Source: Candidatus Omnitrophota bacterium
GTDB lineage: Bacteria; Omnitrophota; Gorgyraeia; Duberdicusellales; 4484-171
Assembly: GCA_014729775.1 (NCBI GenBank)
Contig: WJJJ01000007.1
Location: 30,302-94,301, forward strand
Length of the DNA: 64,000 nucleotides
Direction: 5' to 3'
Below, piece after piece: positions 11,968-21,408 of this stretch (its first letter is position 1; every line of letters starts with the position of its first letter). A program made the position numbers and the translations under genes. Under the pieces are notes generated by a model. That model worked only from the letters and a program-made list of their open reading frames with translations, had not been told where the DNA came from and ran no database searches.

Positions 11968-12471
11968 ATGATGGAGCAGGAAAAAAAGAAAATTCGGTTC
12001 TCCGAGGTCAAACTGTTGGTCCTGGATTTCGACGGGGTGCTTACCGATAATAATGTCTATGTATCCGAGGACGGAAAAGAATCGGTGTGTTGTTCCCGGA
12101 GCGACGGTCTGGGAATAGAAATGGTGCAGAGCCGCGGGATACCCGTGGTGGTTTTATCCAAGGAAAAGAACAAGGTCGTAAAGGCCCGGTGCCGGAAGTT
12201 ACGCGTCCGGGTCACACAGGGGATCGACGAAAAACTCAGTGAACTAAAGCGAATTGCCGCGAACGCGAATGTTTCTCCCCGGCAAGTTTGTTATTTGGGT
12301 AACGACGTTAATGACCTGGAATGCGTAGAGTTTGCGGGGGCTGGCTGTGCGGTAAATGACGCCCATCCCGCGTTGCGCAATGCGGCCGATTATGTGACCA
12401 GGAACACCGGCGGGCACGGGGCTGTCAGAGAGATTTGTGAGTGTATCCTTGAAAGAGCAGATGAGCGGTAA
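11968..12471 (+). CDS. HAD-superfamily subfamily IIIA phosphatase (KdsC / Kdn-9-phosphate phosphatase family)
   Basis: VKLLVLDFDGVLTDNNVY...LGNDVNDLECVEFAGAGCAVNDA is the YrbI/KdsC family signature. The RBS gaggcggg precedes ATG 11968; the tracker began at GTG 11947. Confidence 0.8.
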   Translation: MMEQEKKKIRFSEVKLLVLDFDGVLTDNNVYVSEDGKESVCCSRSDGLGIEMVQSRGIPVVVLSKEKNKVVKARCRKLRVRVTQGIDEKLSELKRIAANANVSPRQVCYLGNDVNDLECVEFAGAGCAVNDAHPALRNAADYVTRNTGGHGAVREICECILERADER

Positions 12472-13906
12472 TTCTTTCGACATCCCGAATATCATTCTTA
12501 TTATTCCCCGAGGGGAGGCGGTACGAAATTTCCTGTACTCCGATACCCTTGCGGTACTGAGCGCGCATGCCCGGGTTACGCTGCTCTCGATTATCGACGA
12601 TGCGCGGTTCCTTGCCCGGTTCCGTCCGGCCGCGGAAAAGATCGTGCCGTTGGTGTCTTTCCATGAGCACCGTGCCCTTGCCTATCTTCGGGGAGTCATC
12701 CAGGAAGCGCATTTTCGCTGGATGTGGAGTAAGGTTGCGCAAAACCACTGGGAAACAAAGGATGCGAGGGCTGTACGTCCGGGCGAACGGCTTAAGTGGA
12801 CTGCGCTTAAAGCGGCTGCCCGGCTGGCGGCCAATTCTCCGTCGCTCACCGCCCTTACCAGATTGGAAAATTTCCTTACCTGGGCGATGCGACCCGATGA
12901 TGCATATCGCCGGGTGTTCGAGGCGGTGAAGCCGGATATCGTGTTTAATACCTCGCAAATCCATGGTCCGGCCGGAGATCTTCCGGTGAAGATCGCTCAT
13001 CGCTGCGGGATCCCTACGGCGTGTTTTATCTTTTCCTGGGATAATCCGACGTCGCGCAGCCGTATTACCGCTCCTTATGATTACTTCTTCGTGTGGAACC
13101 GGCACATGTGCGGGCAGATTCTTTCTTTGTATCCCCAGGTGCACCGTTCACAGGTGTTCGTTACCGGAACTCCCCAGTTTGATTTTCATTTTAAGCCGGA
13201 ATTCTGGCTGGAACGCAGAGACTTGTGCCGCCGGATCGGGGCCGATCCCGACCGGCCGTTCATCCTCTATACTACGGGAATGGATCGGGATTTCCCCGAA
13301 GAACATCGTACCGTCGAATATATCGCCCGGATCTTGCATACGATCGATGTATCCCCTCGGCCGCAGTTGATTGTGCGGACATACGTGAAAGGAACGAGTC
13401 CGCAGATGAATGCTCTGGCCGGACGGCGTCTGCCCGGCGTAATTTTCCCTCCTCAGCTGTGGGATGAAAAGTGGCTGTATACGCCGCGGTATGAGGATTT
13501 AGCGGTATACACCAGTCTTTTGCGGGAGTGCAGTGCGGGCATAAATGCGGCATCAACGGTTTCCCTGGAATTGATGATGCATGATAAGCCGGTGATCAAT
13601 TTAGCATTTAATCCGCCGGGGAGTACTCTGCCGCATCATTTACGGTGGAGGCGGCACATCGAGTACGACCATTACCGGCCTGTAGCGGAAAGCGGGGCGG
13701 TTGATGTTGCACGGTTTCCGGAAGATCTGCCTGGAATGATCCGGCGGAGTATATTACATCCTGAAGCGGGGCGTGAGCAGCGGGAGCAGTTTGTCCGCCG
13801 GATGTTTGCCGATACGCTGGACGGCAAATCCGGCATACGCGTGGCGCAAAAGTTGATCTCCGTCGCCGGATCCGCACATGGGTCCAGCCGGCATGACGAT
13901 ACGTAG
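12461..13906 (+). CDS. Hypothetical soluble protein, possible GT-B-like (capsule-synthesis/CDP-glycerol-transferase-like) glycosyltransferase
   Basis: 482 aa with no TM segments and an alternating alpha/beta pattern (PDIVFNTSQIHGPAGD...FILYTTGMDRDF...). Its position directly after the CMP-nonulosonate genes suggests a transferase role. I recognise no confident motif. Confidence 0.4.
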   Translation: MSGNSFDIPNIILIIPRGEAVRNFLYSDTLAVLSAHARVTLLSIIDDARFLARFRPAAEKIVPLVSFHEHRALAYLRGVIQEAHFRWMWSKVAQNHWETKDARAVRPGERLKWTALKAAARLAANSPSLTALTRLENFLTWAMRPDDAYRRVFEAVKPDIVFNTSQIHGPAGDLPVKIAHRCGIPTACFIFSWDNPTSRSRITAPYDYFFVWNRHMCGQILSLYPQVHRSQVFVTGTPQFDFHFKPEFWLERRDLCRRIGADPDRPFILYTTGMDRDFPEEHRTVEYIARILHTIDVSPRPQLIVRTYVKGTSPQMNALAGRRLPGVIFPPQLWDEKWLYTPRYEDLAVYTSLLRECSAGINAASTVSLELMMHDKPVINLAFNPPGSTLPHHLRWRRHIEYDHYRPVAESGAVDVARFPEDLPGMIRRSILHPEAGREQREQFVRRMFADTLDGKSGIRVAQKLISVAGSAHGSSRHDDT

Positions 13907-13907
13907 T

Positions 13908-14900
13908 ATGAAGAACGGAAGCGGACTTCGTACCCGGATTTCCGTGGTGACTCCGACTCTTTTCCGTCCGGAGGAGGTCATGGGGCTGCTGGAGAACTTG
14001 TGCCGGCAGATTCTTCTGCCGGAGGAAGTGATCATCGTTGACGGCGCGCCGCAGGAGGAAAAATCTACGGAAGCGCGCGTGGTCCGGGCGCATGCGCGGC
14101 TCCCCTTTCGCTGTCATTATATCCGTGCCGGCGGCGGAACCGCGGTACAGCGGAATATCGGCATCGATGCTGCATCCGGAAACTTCCTTGCATTCATCGA
14201 CGACGATGTCCGCCTCGATCGGGATTTCTTTGAACGGATAGTGGAAGTGTTCGCAGACGATGACGGATGCCGGATCGGCGGAATTGCGGGGTATATCACA
14301 AATCAGTATTTTGATCCGCAGAGGTCTCTCCGTTGGAAGTGGTACCGGAGATTGAGGTTGTTGTCAACATATGAGCCGGGACGGTATGATTTCAATACAG
14401 GGTATCCCGTAAATAGGTATATGTATCCTCCTCATTCCGGCGTACGGAAAATCGATTTCATGGGAGCAAATTGTGCGGTGTGGCGCAAGGCGGTGTTTTC
14501 GCAAGGGTTCCGGTTCGATGAGTTCTTTGCTGATTACGGGGTGCTTGAAGACGTTCATTTTGCGCTGCGGGCCGGGAGAAAATGGGATCTGTATGAATGC
14601 GGGCGTGCCCGGTGTGTGCATTTACGCTCGCCGGGAGGACGGGTGAATTCCGGTCAAATGAATTATAAAACCGCCGTGAATTACCGGTACGTATTCGTTG
14701 ATGCCGTGCCTCGTCGTACCTGGAGGCAGGAGTGTGCCTTTTGGAGAATGCAGATTTTTGATTTGTGCCGACTGGCATACGTTGCGCTGCGTTCCGGGAA
14801 TCCGGCTGACTGGCATGCGGTCGGTGGAAAATGCGCAGGGATCAGGGACGCGGTCGGCGTAAGACCGCCGCCCCGGGGACCGGGGGAATGGCGCCGATGA
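13908..14900 (+). CDS. Family 2 glycosyltransferase
   Basis: RISVVTPTLFRPEEVMGLLENLCRQILLPEEVIIVDGAP...FIDDDV has GT2 motifs. Alternative in-frame ATGs lie at 13878 and 13893. Confidence 0.8.
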   Translation: MKNGSGLRTRISVVTPTLFRPEEVMGLLENLCRQILLPEEVIIVDGAPQEEKSTEARVVRAHARLPFRCHYIRAGGGTAVQRNIGIDAASGNFLAFIDDDVRLDRDFFERIVEVFADDDGCRIGGIAGYITNQYFDPQRSLRWKWYRRLRLLSTYEPGRYDFNTGYPVNRYMYPPHSGVRKIDFMGANCAVWRKAVFSQGFRFDEFFADYGVLEDVHFALRAGRKWDLYECGRARCVHLRSPGGRVNSGQMNYKTAVNYRYVFVDAVPRRTWRQECAFWRMQIFDLCRLAYVALRSGNPADWHAVGGKCAGIRDAVGVRPPPRGPGEWRR

Positions 14901-15667
14901 CAATTTTTGAGTGGGGGTATCTTTTTGGCGCACCGTTTTTATTGCCGTTGCACCGGACGGTGCGAAAATTGCTGCGGGAGGTGACGGCACAGTATCCGTA
15001 CCGTCCGGAGGTGCTTGATGTGGGAGGGAGACAGTCTCCCTATACGATCGGGATCCCGGCAGACATTACTATTACCGATCTTGCCCGGTACAGCGCATTG
15101 CAACACCGGCTTCGGTTGGGACTGACTCCGGAGCTCATCAATAGGATACGGAGGCGACGGAGCAACGTGCGGCGTATTTTTTTCGACGACATGACCTGCT
15201 CGTCGATTCCGGACCGCGTATATGACGGGGTTGTTGCCGTCGAGGTGCTTGAGCATGTGGGGGACGGCGAAGCATTCGTCAACGAAGTGTGCCGGGTATT
15301 GAAGCCCGGCGGGATGTTCCTCATGACGACGCCCAATGCCGAATACCTGACAAGAACCGGGGGGAAGGCGGGAATGAATCCTGATGATAAACGGGTGTAT
15401 ACACGTATGGAATTACGCATGCTCCTCTCTCCGGGGTTTGAAAAGATCAGGATCGTTCCGGTCATCAATAAAAAGAGCCGTTGGCATTCGTGGGGGCTGC
15501 GCTCGTGGTCTTTGCGTCATCCGGCCGTAACCCTCATGAGCGCGCTGGGAAATTTTTTGAATTTTATCGGATCTTCCTCTACCCGACACTGCATCCGTGT
15601 CGAGGACGCAGGGCATTTGGCCGTGATTGCGAAAAAACGTATCGAAAAAGAATGCGACTTGCGGTAA
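14897..15667 (+). CDS. Class I SAM-dependent methyltransferase
   Basis: ATGA overlap with the upstream gene. VLDVGGRQSPY (motif I)...VEVLEHVGDGEAFVNEVCRVLKPGGMFLMTTPN is typical of the Methyltransf_11/23 family. Confidence 0.8.
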   Translation: MTIFEWGYLFGAPFLLPLHRTVRKLLREVTAQYPYRPEVLDVGGRQSPYTIGIPADITITDLARYSALQHRLRLGLTPELINRIRRRRSNVRRIFFDDMTCSSIPDRVYDGVVAVEVLEHVGDGEAFVNEVCRVLKPGGMFLMTTPNAEYLTRTGGKAGMNPDDKRVYTRMELRMLLSPGFEKIRIVPVINKKSRWHSWGLRSWSLRHPAVTLMSALGNFLNFIGSSSTRHCIRVEDAGHLAVIAKKRIEKECDLR

Positions 15668-16812
15668 TTTCATACAAAACGTGTTGGATCAGCCCGCAGT
15701 CTCCTACCGGGTATGCGACCGACGGAGGGTTCCCTCTGCAAATGCAGGCGTTGGCACAGCTGTTCTCGGCAACCGAGGTTCTGGTTCCTTGTTCCGCCCG
15801 TCCGCCTGGTGCCGGAGAAATGCCGCTGAGCGGCAAAGCTCTGTCGGTAACTCCGCTTACAAGGCCGCCCGGCCGCGGCGGCGTGCGAAAAGGGTTATTG
15901 CTATACTGGCTGGTGCGCAACAGCGTCCGGCTGGTCCGGGCATTGCGCGCTGCCGATGCGGTCCATACCCCGGTGCCCGGAGATATCCCTGCAGCAGGAA
16001 TGATCATGGCTTTTCTCTTGCGTAAGCGGCTGTTCGTAAGGTACTGCGGGAATTGGTTCGTTCAGCGGACCTGGGCGGAGAAAATGATCAAGAAAGTAAT
16101 GGAGCGCACCGCGGGGGGGATTCGGGTGATGCTGGCAACCGGAGCCGGTGTGTATCCTCCGTCCGCAAACCGAGCGATACAATGGATTTTTGCGAGTACC
16201 CTCACTGAAAGAGAACTTCGGCAGGTGGGGCAACCCCGGGTGTATCCGCAGGACGGGGTCCGGCTGATCATCGTTGGGCGTCAGGAAACCACAAAAGGAA
16301 CCGACGTCCTGATCAGGAGCGTTCCGTTGCTCAAGCAGATCTATTCGCAAGTGTGCGTTGAAGTGGTAGGTGACGGCGCGGCGCTGGGTGACTTTCAGCA
16401 ATTGGCGCGGGAACTCTCTCTTGAGTCGGAGGTGCGGTTCCACGGACGGGTTGATCACGCAGGGGTACTCGCGCTGTTATCGCGGGCGACGGTGTTTTGT
16501 TGCCCGACTGTTTCGGAAGGGTTTCCCAAAAGTGTTCATGAGGCATTGGCCTGCGGTCTGCCGGTAGTCGCGACCAGGGTGGGCGCGTTGCCGTATCTGA
16601 TCGGACGCGGCAACTGCGGGGTGTTGATCGAACGGGCAGTTCCAGAAGAAGTTACGGCGGCAGTCCAGACAATCCTTGCCGATGAACAGCAATATCAGGA
16701 AATGTCAGCGCGTGCGGTGCGGACCGCTTCCGCATATTCCCTCGAGCGGTGGCGGGATCGTATCCGGGAGAGTTTAACCCAGGCCTGGGGGGCACTGAGC
16801 AAAACGGAATGA
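15652..16812 (+). CDS. Family 4 (GT-B) glycosyltransferase
   Basis: C-terminal CPTVSEGFPKSVHEALACGLPVVATRVGALP is the GT4 EX7E region. Internal ATG at 15652. Confidence 0.85.
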   Translation: MRLAVISYKTCWISPQSPTGYATDGGFPLQMQALAQLFSATEVLVPCSARPPGAGEMPLSGKALSVTPLTRPPGRGGVRKGLLLYWLVRNSVRLVRALRAADAVHTPVPGDIPAAGMIMAFLLRKRLFVRYCGNWFVQRTWAEKMIKKVMERTAGGIRVMLATGAGVYPPSANRAIQWIFASTLTERELRQVGQPRVYPQDGVRLIIVGRQETTKGTDVLIRSVPLLKQIYSQVCVEVVGDGAALGDFQQLARELSLESEVRFHGRVDHAGVLALLSRATVFCCPTVSEGFPKSVHEALACGLPVVATRVGALPYLIGRGNCGVLIERAVPEEVTAAVQTILADEQQYQEMSARAVRTASAYSLERWRDRIRESLTQAWGALSKTE

Positions 16813-17963
16813 ATATGCAGCAGGATCTGCGGGGAATAAAAATCGATTTTCTGTCCGGGACACTGGAGCGGGGCGGTGCGGAACGGCAGTTGTGGTATAT
16901 GACGCGAGTGTGCGTTCAAGCGAAGATGCGGGTGCGGGTCCTGACGTTGAACCGGGGTGGTCCCTATGAGAGGATGCTCCGGGATGAAGGGGTCCCGGTG
17001 CTTTGGGTCGGGCAACCTCGGTCGCGGTTTCATCGGTTGTGGTCGATTATCCGGCAGACCCGTGCACACCGGCCGCATTGTATCCACAGTGCACATTTTT
17101 ACTCGAACTTGTATGCGGTGTGTGCGGCCCGGCTGTGCGGTGCTGCGGATATTGGCGCAATCCGGACCGATGTGGTGCACGAAGTCTCAACAATGCCGTT
17201 TTTAGGCCGGGCCGGCGTTCATCTGCCGCGATACCTGGTGGCGAATTCCGCTCAGGCGATCGAAACGTTGCGGGCCCGCGGGTTAAGAAAAAGATCTCTA
17301 TTCCTGTTGGAGAATGGGGTCGATACCGAGAAGTTTTCGCCGGCTGAACCGAATGATGACGATCCCCGGGCGCAGACCGAAATTTGTTTCGTGTGCGCAG
17401 GGTCCTGTGCGTCACAGAAACGGATTGATCTGTTCCTGTCCGCGCTTACACAAGTACGGAAGTCAGGATACCCGCGCGTACGCGGGATCGTGGCCGGCGA
17501 CGGTCCGTTGAGAGGAGTGCTTCAGCGGCAGGCCCGGGAACTGGGGTTAGGCGAAGATGCGGTGCAGTTCCTCGGTGAAGTCGGTGATATCCAGGAGGTG
17601 TACCGCAAGGCGGACGTGTGTGTATTGACGTCCGATTATGAAGGGATGCCGAATGTGGTGTTGGAAGCGATGGCCTGCGGGTTACCGGTCGTTGCGACCG
17701 CGGTCGGCGCGGTGCCGGATTTGCTGACGGATTCAGTGAACGGCTACGTAGTTGAGCGGGGAAACGTGACGATGCTGGCGGATCGTCTACGACGGCTGGT
17801 CCAAGACCCACGGCTTTGCCGGGAGATGGGGCAAAGGGCTCGTTCTTCGGTGAAAACCCGTTTTTCTCTCGCGGCGCTCAGCGCACGTGCGATCTCGTTG
17901 TATACGAGTATTCTCGCAAGAGAAGGCTCCCGGGGCAGAAGCTGGCCGGCGTTACGCCGGTGA
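16809..17963 (+). CDS. Family 4 (GT-B) glycosyltransferase
   Basis: LTSDYEGMPNVVLEAMACGLPVVATAVGAVPDLL is the GT4 signature. ATGA overlap with the upstream gene. Confidence 0.85.
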   Translation: MNMQQDLRGIKIDFLSGTLERGGAERQLWYMTRVCVQAKMRVRVLTLNRGGPYERMLRDEGVPVLWVGQPRSRFHRLWSIIRQTRAHRPHCIHSAHFYSNLYAVCAARLCGAADIGAIRTDVVHEVSTMPFLGRAGVHLPRYLVANSAQAIETLRARGLRKRSLFLLENGVDTEKFSPAEPNDDDPRAQTEICFVCAGSCASQKRIDLFLSALTQVRKSGYPRVRGIVAGDGPLRGVLQRQARELGLGEDAVQFLGEVGDIQEVYRKADVCVLTSDYEGMPNVVLEAMACGLPVVATAVGAVPDLLTDSVNGYVVERGNVTMLADRLRRLVQDPRLCREMGQRARSSVKTRFSLAALSARAISLYTSILAREGSRGRSWPALRR

Positions 17964-17975
17964 GGAGGTGAACCT

Positions 17976-19370
17976 ATGCGTTTTCAGATAGAGAATATCG
18001 GAATTACTCCGCGGCCGACGTTGGCTTTTTTCCTCGTCCACATTGGGTTGGGATTGATGTTTGTTCTTGGGGGGCTGCCTGCTGCCGCCGCTGTCCATTC
18101 CCTTATTGTCCTTTTGCTGGGAGTTATGTGTGCCCTAAAAGGACGGGATGTGTGGGTTGCCTGTATCATAAGCTATATTATGGGTGCGGAGGTGCTTTGG
18201 CGGATGGGGGGCGGGGGGATCGTCTGGGAAATGGCAAAATACGGCGTGACGCTTATTTTGACGATCGCTCTCCTGATTAAGCCTTCCCGCATTCGATCGC
18301 CGGCCGCGCTCGTGACATATTTTCTCTTGTTACTGCCCGCGATTCTCGATGCTCCGGCGGAGTCATTTACCCAATGGAAAGAAGCGGTGAGCTTTAACCT
18401 TTCCGGTCCATTGTCGCTGCTGCTGTGCGGAATATTCTTTTCAAAAATGGAGTTTGAAACAGACGATCTCAAACGGTTTTTTTCATGGTTCCTGGCACCG
18501 GTCGCCGGGGTTGCTGCGGTTTCGGCCTTCTCTCTTACGCAGGCGGAAAATATTCAGTGGGGAAGAGCTTCGGTATACGCGGCCAGTGCGGGATTTGGAC
18601 CGAACCAGGTATCCAGTGTGTTGGGGACCGGCGCGTTTTTTTGTGTGATTGCCTATGTACTGTATACCCGGAAGCCGTTGATTAAAACGATTTTATTGGT
18701 ATCCGGAATATGGTTCATTACCCAGGCCTTCTTGACGTTTTCGAGGGGAGGGGTTATTCAGTCCATCCTGGCGGTCGGCCTGTTTTTTGTTTATTTAATA
18801 CGGGCCCGGGGCGGACGCTATTTTATTCCGATCACGATGTTAGCAGTTTCCCTGGTGTGTTTTGGGATATATTACCTGATCCCAAAATTGGATGAATTCA
18901 CTCAAGGGGGGCTTACGCAACGATACCAGGAACGTGAACAGGTCGGCGGCGTGGAATTACTTGATACTACCGGACGGTGGGAACTCGTCCAGGCCGATTT
19001 GCAGATTTTCCTTACGCATCCAATGGGGAGCGGGGTCGGGCGCTTGCGCTCGCTGCATAAAAAGATCCTGGGAACTCGTAAAGCGGCGCATACCGAATGG
19101 ACCAGGATGCTGGCCGAGCACGGCTGGCCTGGATTACTGGCGATTATCGCGCTCGCGGTGTGGGCATGGAAGCAGTATCGGGCAACCCGGGATCCGTTTT
19201 TGAAAGCCGTTAAAGCGTCATTCTTCTTCTCTGCGGCGGTGTTTATGGGGCATGCGGCGATGCGCCTGGTCCTTCCCGGTGTGCTCATTGGATTTCTAGG
19301 CGGGTGCAGGCGCGCGGAGGACGGTGTGCATGCTGAAAGAATATCGGAAGGGAGAACCCGCCGTTTATGA
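17976..19370 (+). CDS. O-antigen ligase / polymerase (Wzy_C) family integral membrane protein
   Basis: About 10-12 TM segments with a large periplasmic loop carrying the Wzy_C-type motif (LTFSRGGVIQS...HPMGSGVG). A strong RBS (aggagg) is present. Confidence 0.75.
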   Translation: MRFQIENIGITPRPTLAFFLVHIGLGLMFVLGGLPAAAAVHSLIVLLLGVMCALKGRDVWVACIISYIMGAEVLWRMGGGGIVWEMAKYGVTLILTIALLIKPSRIRSPAALVTYFLLLLPAILDAPAESFTQWKEAVSFNLSGPLSLLLCGIFFSKMEFETDDLKRFFSWFLAPVAGVAAVSAFSLTQAENIQWGRASVYAASAGFGPNQVSSVLGTGAFFCVIAYVLYTRKPLIKTILLVSGIWFITQAFLTFSRGGVIQSILAVGLFFVYLIRARGGRYFIPITMLAVSLVCFGIYYLIPKLDEFTQGGLTQRYQEREQVGGVELLDTTGRWELVQADLQIFLTHPMGSGVGRLRSLHKKILGTRKAAHTEWTRMLAEHGWPGLLAIIALAVWAWKQYRATRDPFLKAVKASFFFSAAVFMGHAAMRLVLPGVLIGFLGGCRRAEDGVHAERISEGRTRRL

Positions 19371-20359
19371 AGATTCTCACGGTGACCAGTGAATGGCCTA
19401 CCCCGACATCTCCGGGGCGCGTGCCGTTTCTCGTCCAGCGGATCAAGTACTTGCGGCGGGAAGGGGTGGAAACAAAAGTGTTCTTCTTCCGCGGAAATAA
19501 AAACCCGTTGAATTACCTTGCCGCTCATCGATGTTTGCGGCGGAAGTATGATCTCAGGCAGTTCGATGTGGTCCATGCTCATTTTGGACAGAGCGGGCTG
19601 GTCACGCTGCCGTCTCCGCGGCCGGTGGTGGTGACTTTTTACGGCAGTGACCTGCAGGGAATCGTCACACCGTCCGGAAGCTATTCATGGAAAGGAATCG
19701 CGAGCCGGGAATTGGGACGGATGATCGCCAGACAGGCGACGAAAGTAGTGGTCGTGGCGCGAAGGCTGGCTGAATATCTGCCTTCGGAAGTATCCCCGGA
19801 GGTCATCCCCTGCGGCGTGGATCGTGAATTGTTTTTTCCCGTTCCTCGGACAGAGGCGCGGGCCCGCTTAGGATGGTCTCAAGAAAAGCGCGTAGTACTA
19901 TTTGCGGCAGATCCGCGGCGGCCAGTCAAACGGTATAAGCTGGCCCAGGAGTCGATTTCCCGTGTGCCGGCGCTCGGCGAGGTAGAGCTGTGTGTGTTGG
20001 CTGACGTGCCGCATGAGCAGGTTCCGTGGTATATGAATGCGAGCGATGCCCTTGTGCTTACTTCGCGGCATGAAGGGTCTCCTACCGTTGTGCGTGAAGC
20101 TCTGGCGTGCGATCTGCCCGTGGTTTCGGTTGATGTCGGCGACGTGCGGGAATCTGTTCACGGGATCGACGGGTGCCATGTTTGTGAAGAGGCCTCTCCC
20201 GGATGCATTGCGCGTGCGTTATCCCGCGTTCTTGGCCCGCGACGGCGGGTGGACGGTCGGCCCGCGGCCGCAGTGTATGACGAAAAACGCTTGGCGCAGA
20301 AACTCATTTCGCTCTACCGTGCGGCGCAGAGTGTAACGAGGAGGCCTGAGGACGCATGA
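19367..20359 (+). CDS. Family 4 (GT-B) glycosyltransferase
   Basis: LTSRHEGSPTVVREALACDLPVVSVDVGDV is the GT4 signature. ATGA overlap. Confidence 0.85.
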   Translation: MKILTVTSEWPTPTSPGRVPFLVQRIKYLRREGVETKVFFFRGNKNPLNYLAAHRCLRRKYDLRQFDVVHAHFGQSGLVTLPSPRPVVVTFYGSDLQGIVTPSGSYSWKGIASRELGRMIARQATKVVVVARRLAEYLPSEVSPEVIPCGVDRELFFPVPRTEARARLGWSQEKRVVLFAADPRRPVKRYKLAQESISRVPALGEVELCVLADVPHEQVPWYMNASDALVLTSRHEGSPTVVREALACDLPVVSVDVGDVRESVHGIDGCHVCEEASPGCIARALSRVLGPRRRVDGRPAAAVYDEKRLAQKLISLYRAAQSVTRRPEDA

Positions 20360-21408
20360 ATCAGCCGTTTGTATCGGTGGTGATGCCTTGTGCAAATGAA
20401 ATAGATTTTATTTCTAAGTCTCTCGGTTCGCTGTTGCGGACCGAGTATCCGATGCACCGGTTGGAAATATTAGTTGTGCTCGACAGCTACAGCGACGACG
20501 GGACAAGAGCCGTGGTAAAGCAGCTGCACGAAGTTCATTCGCAAATACGACTGGTTGAAAATCCGTATCGGATTGTTCCTGTTGCGATGAACATCGGGAT
20601 TCGTGCGGCAAAAGGAGAAATTATCGTGCGGGTCGATGCTCATACTGAGTATCCGCCGGAGTATATTTGTAAATGCGTGGAATATCTTGAGAAGACCGAT
20701 GCCTGGTGTGTGGGCGGGCCGTTTTATAACGTTCCCGCCACGAATACATTGATGGCCAAGGTGATCTCCGCGGTGCTCTCTTGTCCGTTCCTTGTCGCCG
20801 ACGCCCGGTTCCGGACGAAGCAGAAACCGATGTATGTGGAGACGGTTCCCTACGGCGCATTTCGTAGGGAAGTGTTTGATCGTGTAGGATTTTACGACGA
20901 GCGCCTGACCCGGCATCAGGATTTTGAATTATGCCGCAGGATTTCACGGGCCGGAGGTAAGATTTTTCTTACACCGGAAATAAAAAATTATTATTATCCC
21001 CGCAAGACCCTCCGCGCGTTTCTGCGTATGGCGGTCCAAAACGGGTATTGGGATGCGGTGAGCACCGGGTTGTGTCCCCACTCCTTTGCCTGGCGGCACT
21101 TTGTGCCCGGGCCGTTTTTTTTGGGAACGGTTGCGGGAATCGGATGTGTGGTGATTGGCGCAGCCACCGGGGACCCGGTGTGGTTCCTCGGCGCGGCACC
21201 GGTAGCTCTTTACTTCGGGTTGGCGTGCTTTTTTTCCGCTTCTCTTTGCAGAATGCATCGATTCGGCGTTGCGGCGTTTTCCCTGATCCCGTTCGTGTGT
21301 TTTCTCTTTCATTTTTGGTTTGGTTTCGGACTGATCAAAGGGCTGGCGCAGTGGCTTTGTATCCGATGGCCGCGGGAACGCAGTGAAAGGGGAACGAATA
21401 CAGATTGA
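20356..21408 (+). CDS. Family 2 glycosyltransferase with C-terminal transmembrane anchor (possibly polyprenyl-phosphate sugar transferase, GtrB/DPM1-like)
   Basis: GT2 N-terminus (FVSVVMPCANEIDFI...VVLDSYSDDGT...RVDAHTEYP) followed by 3-4 C-terminal TM helices. ATGA overlap. Confidence 0.75.
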   Translation: MNQPFVSVVMPCANEIDFISKSLGSLLRTEYPMHRLEILVVLDSYSDDGTRAVVKQLHEVHSQIRLVENPYRIVPVAMNIGIRAAKGEIIVRVDAHTEYPPEYICKCVEYLEKTDAWCVGGPFYNVPATNTLMAKVISAVLSCPFLVADARFRTKQKPMYVETVPYGAFRREVFDRVGFYDERLTRHQDFELCRRISRAGGKIFLTPEIKNYYYPRKTLRAFLRMAVQNGYWDAVSTGLCPHSFAWRHFVPGPFFLGTVAGIGCVVIGAATGDPVWFLGAAPVALYFGLACFFSASLCRMHRFGVAAFSLIPFVCFLFHFWFGFGLIKGLAQWLCIRWPRERSERGTNTD

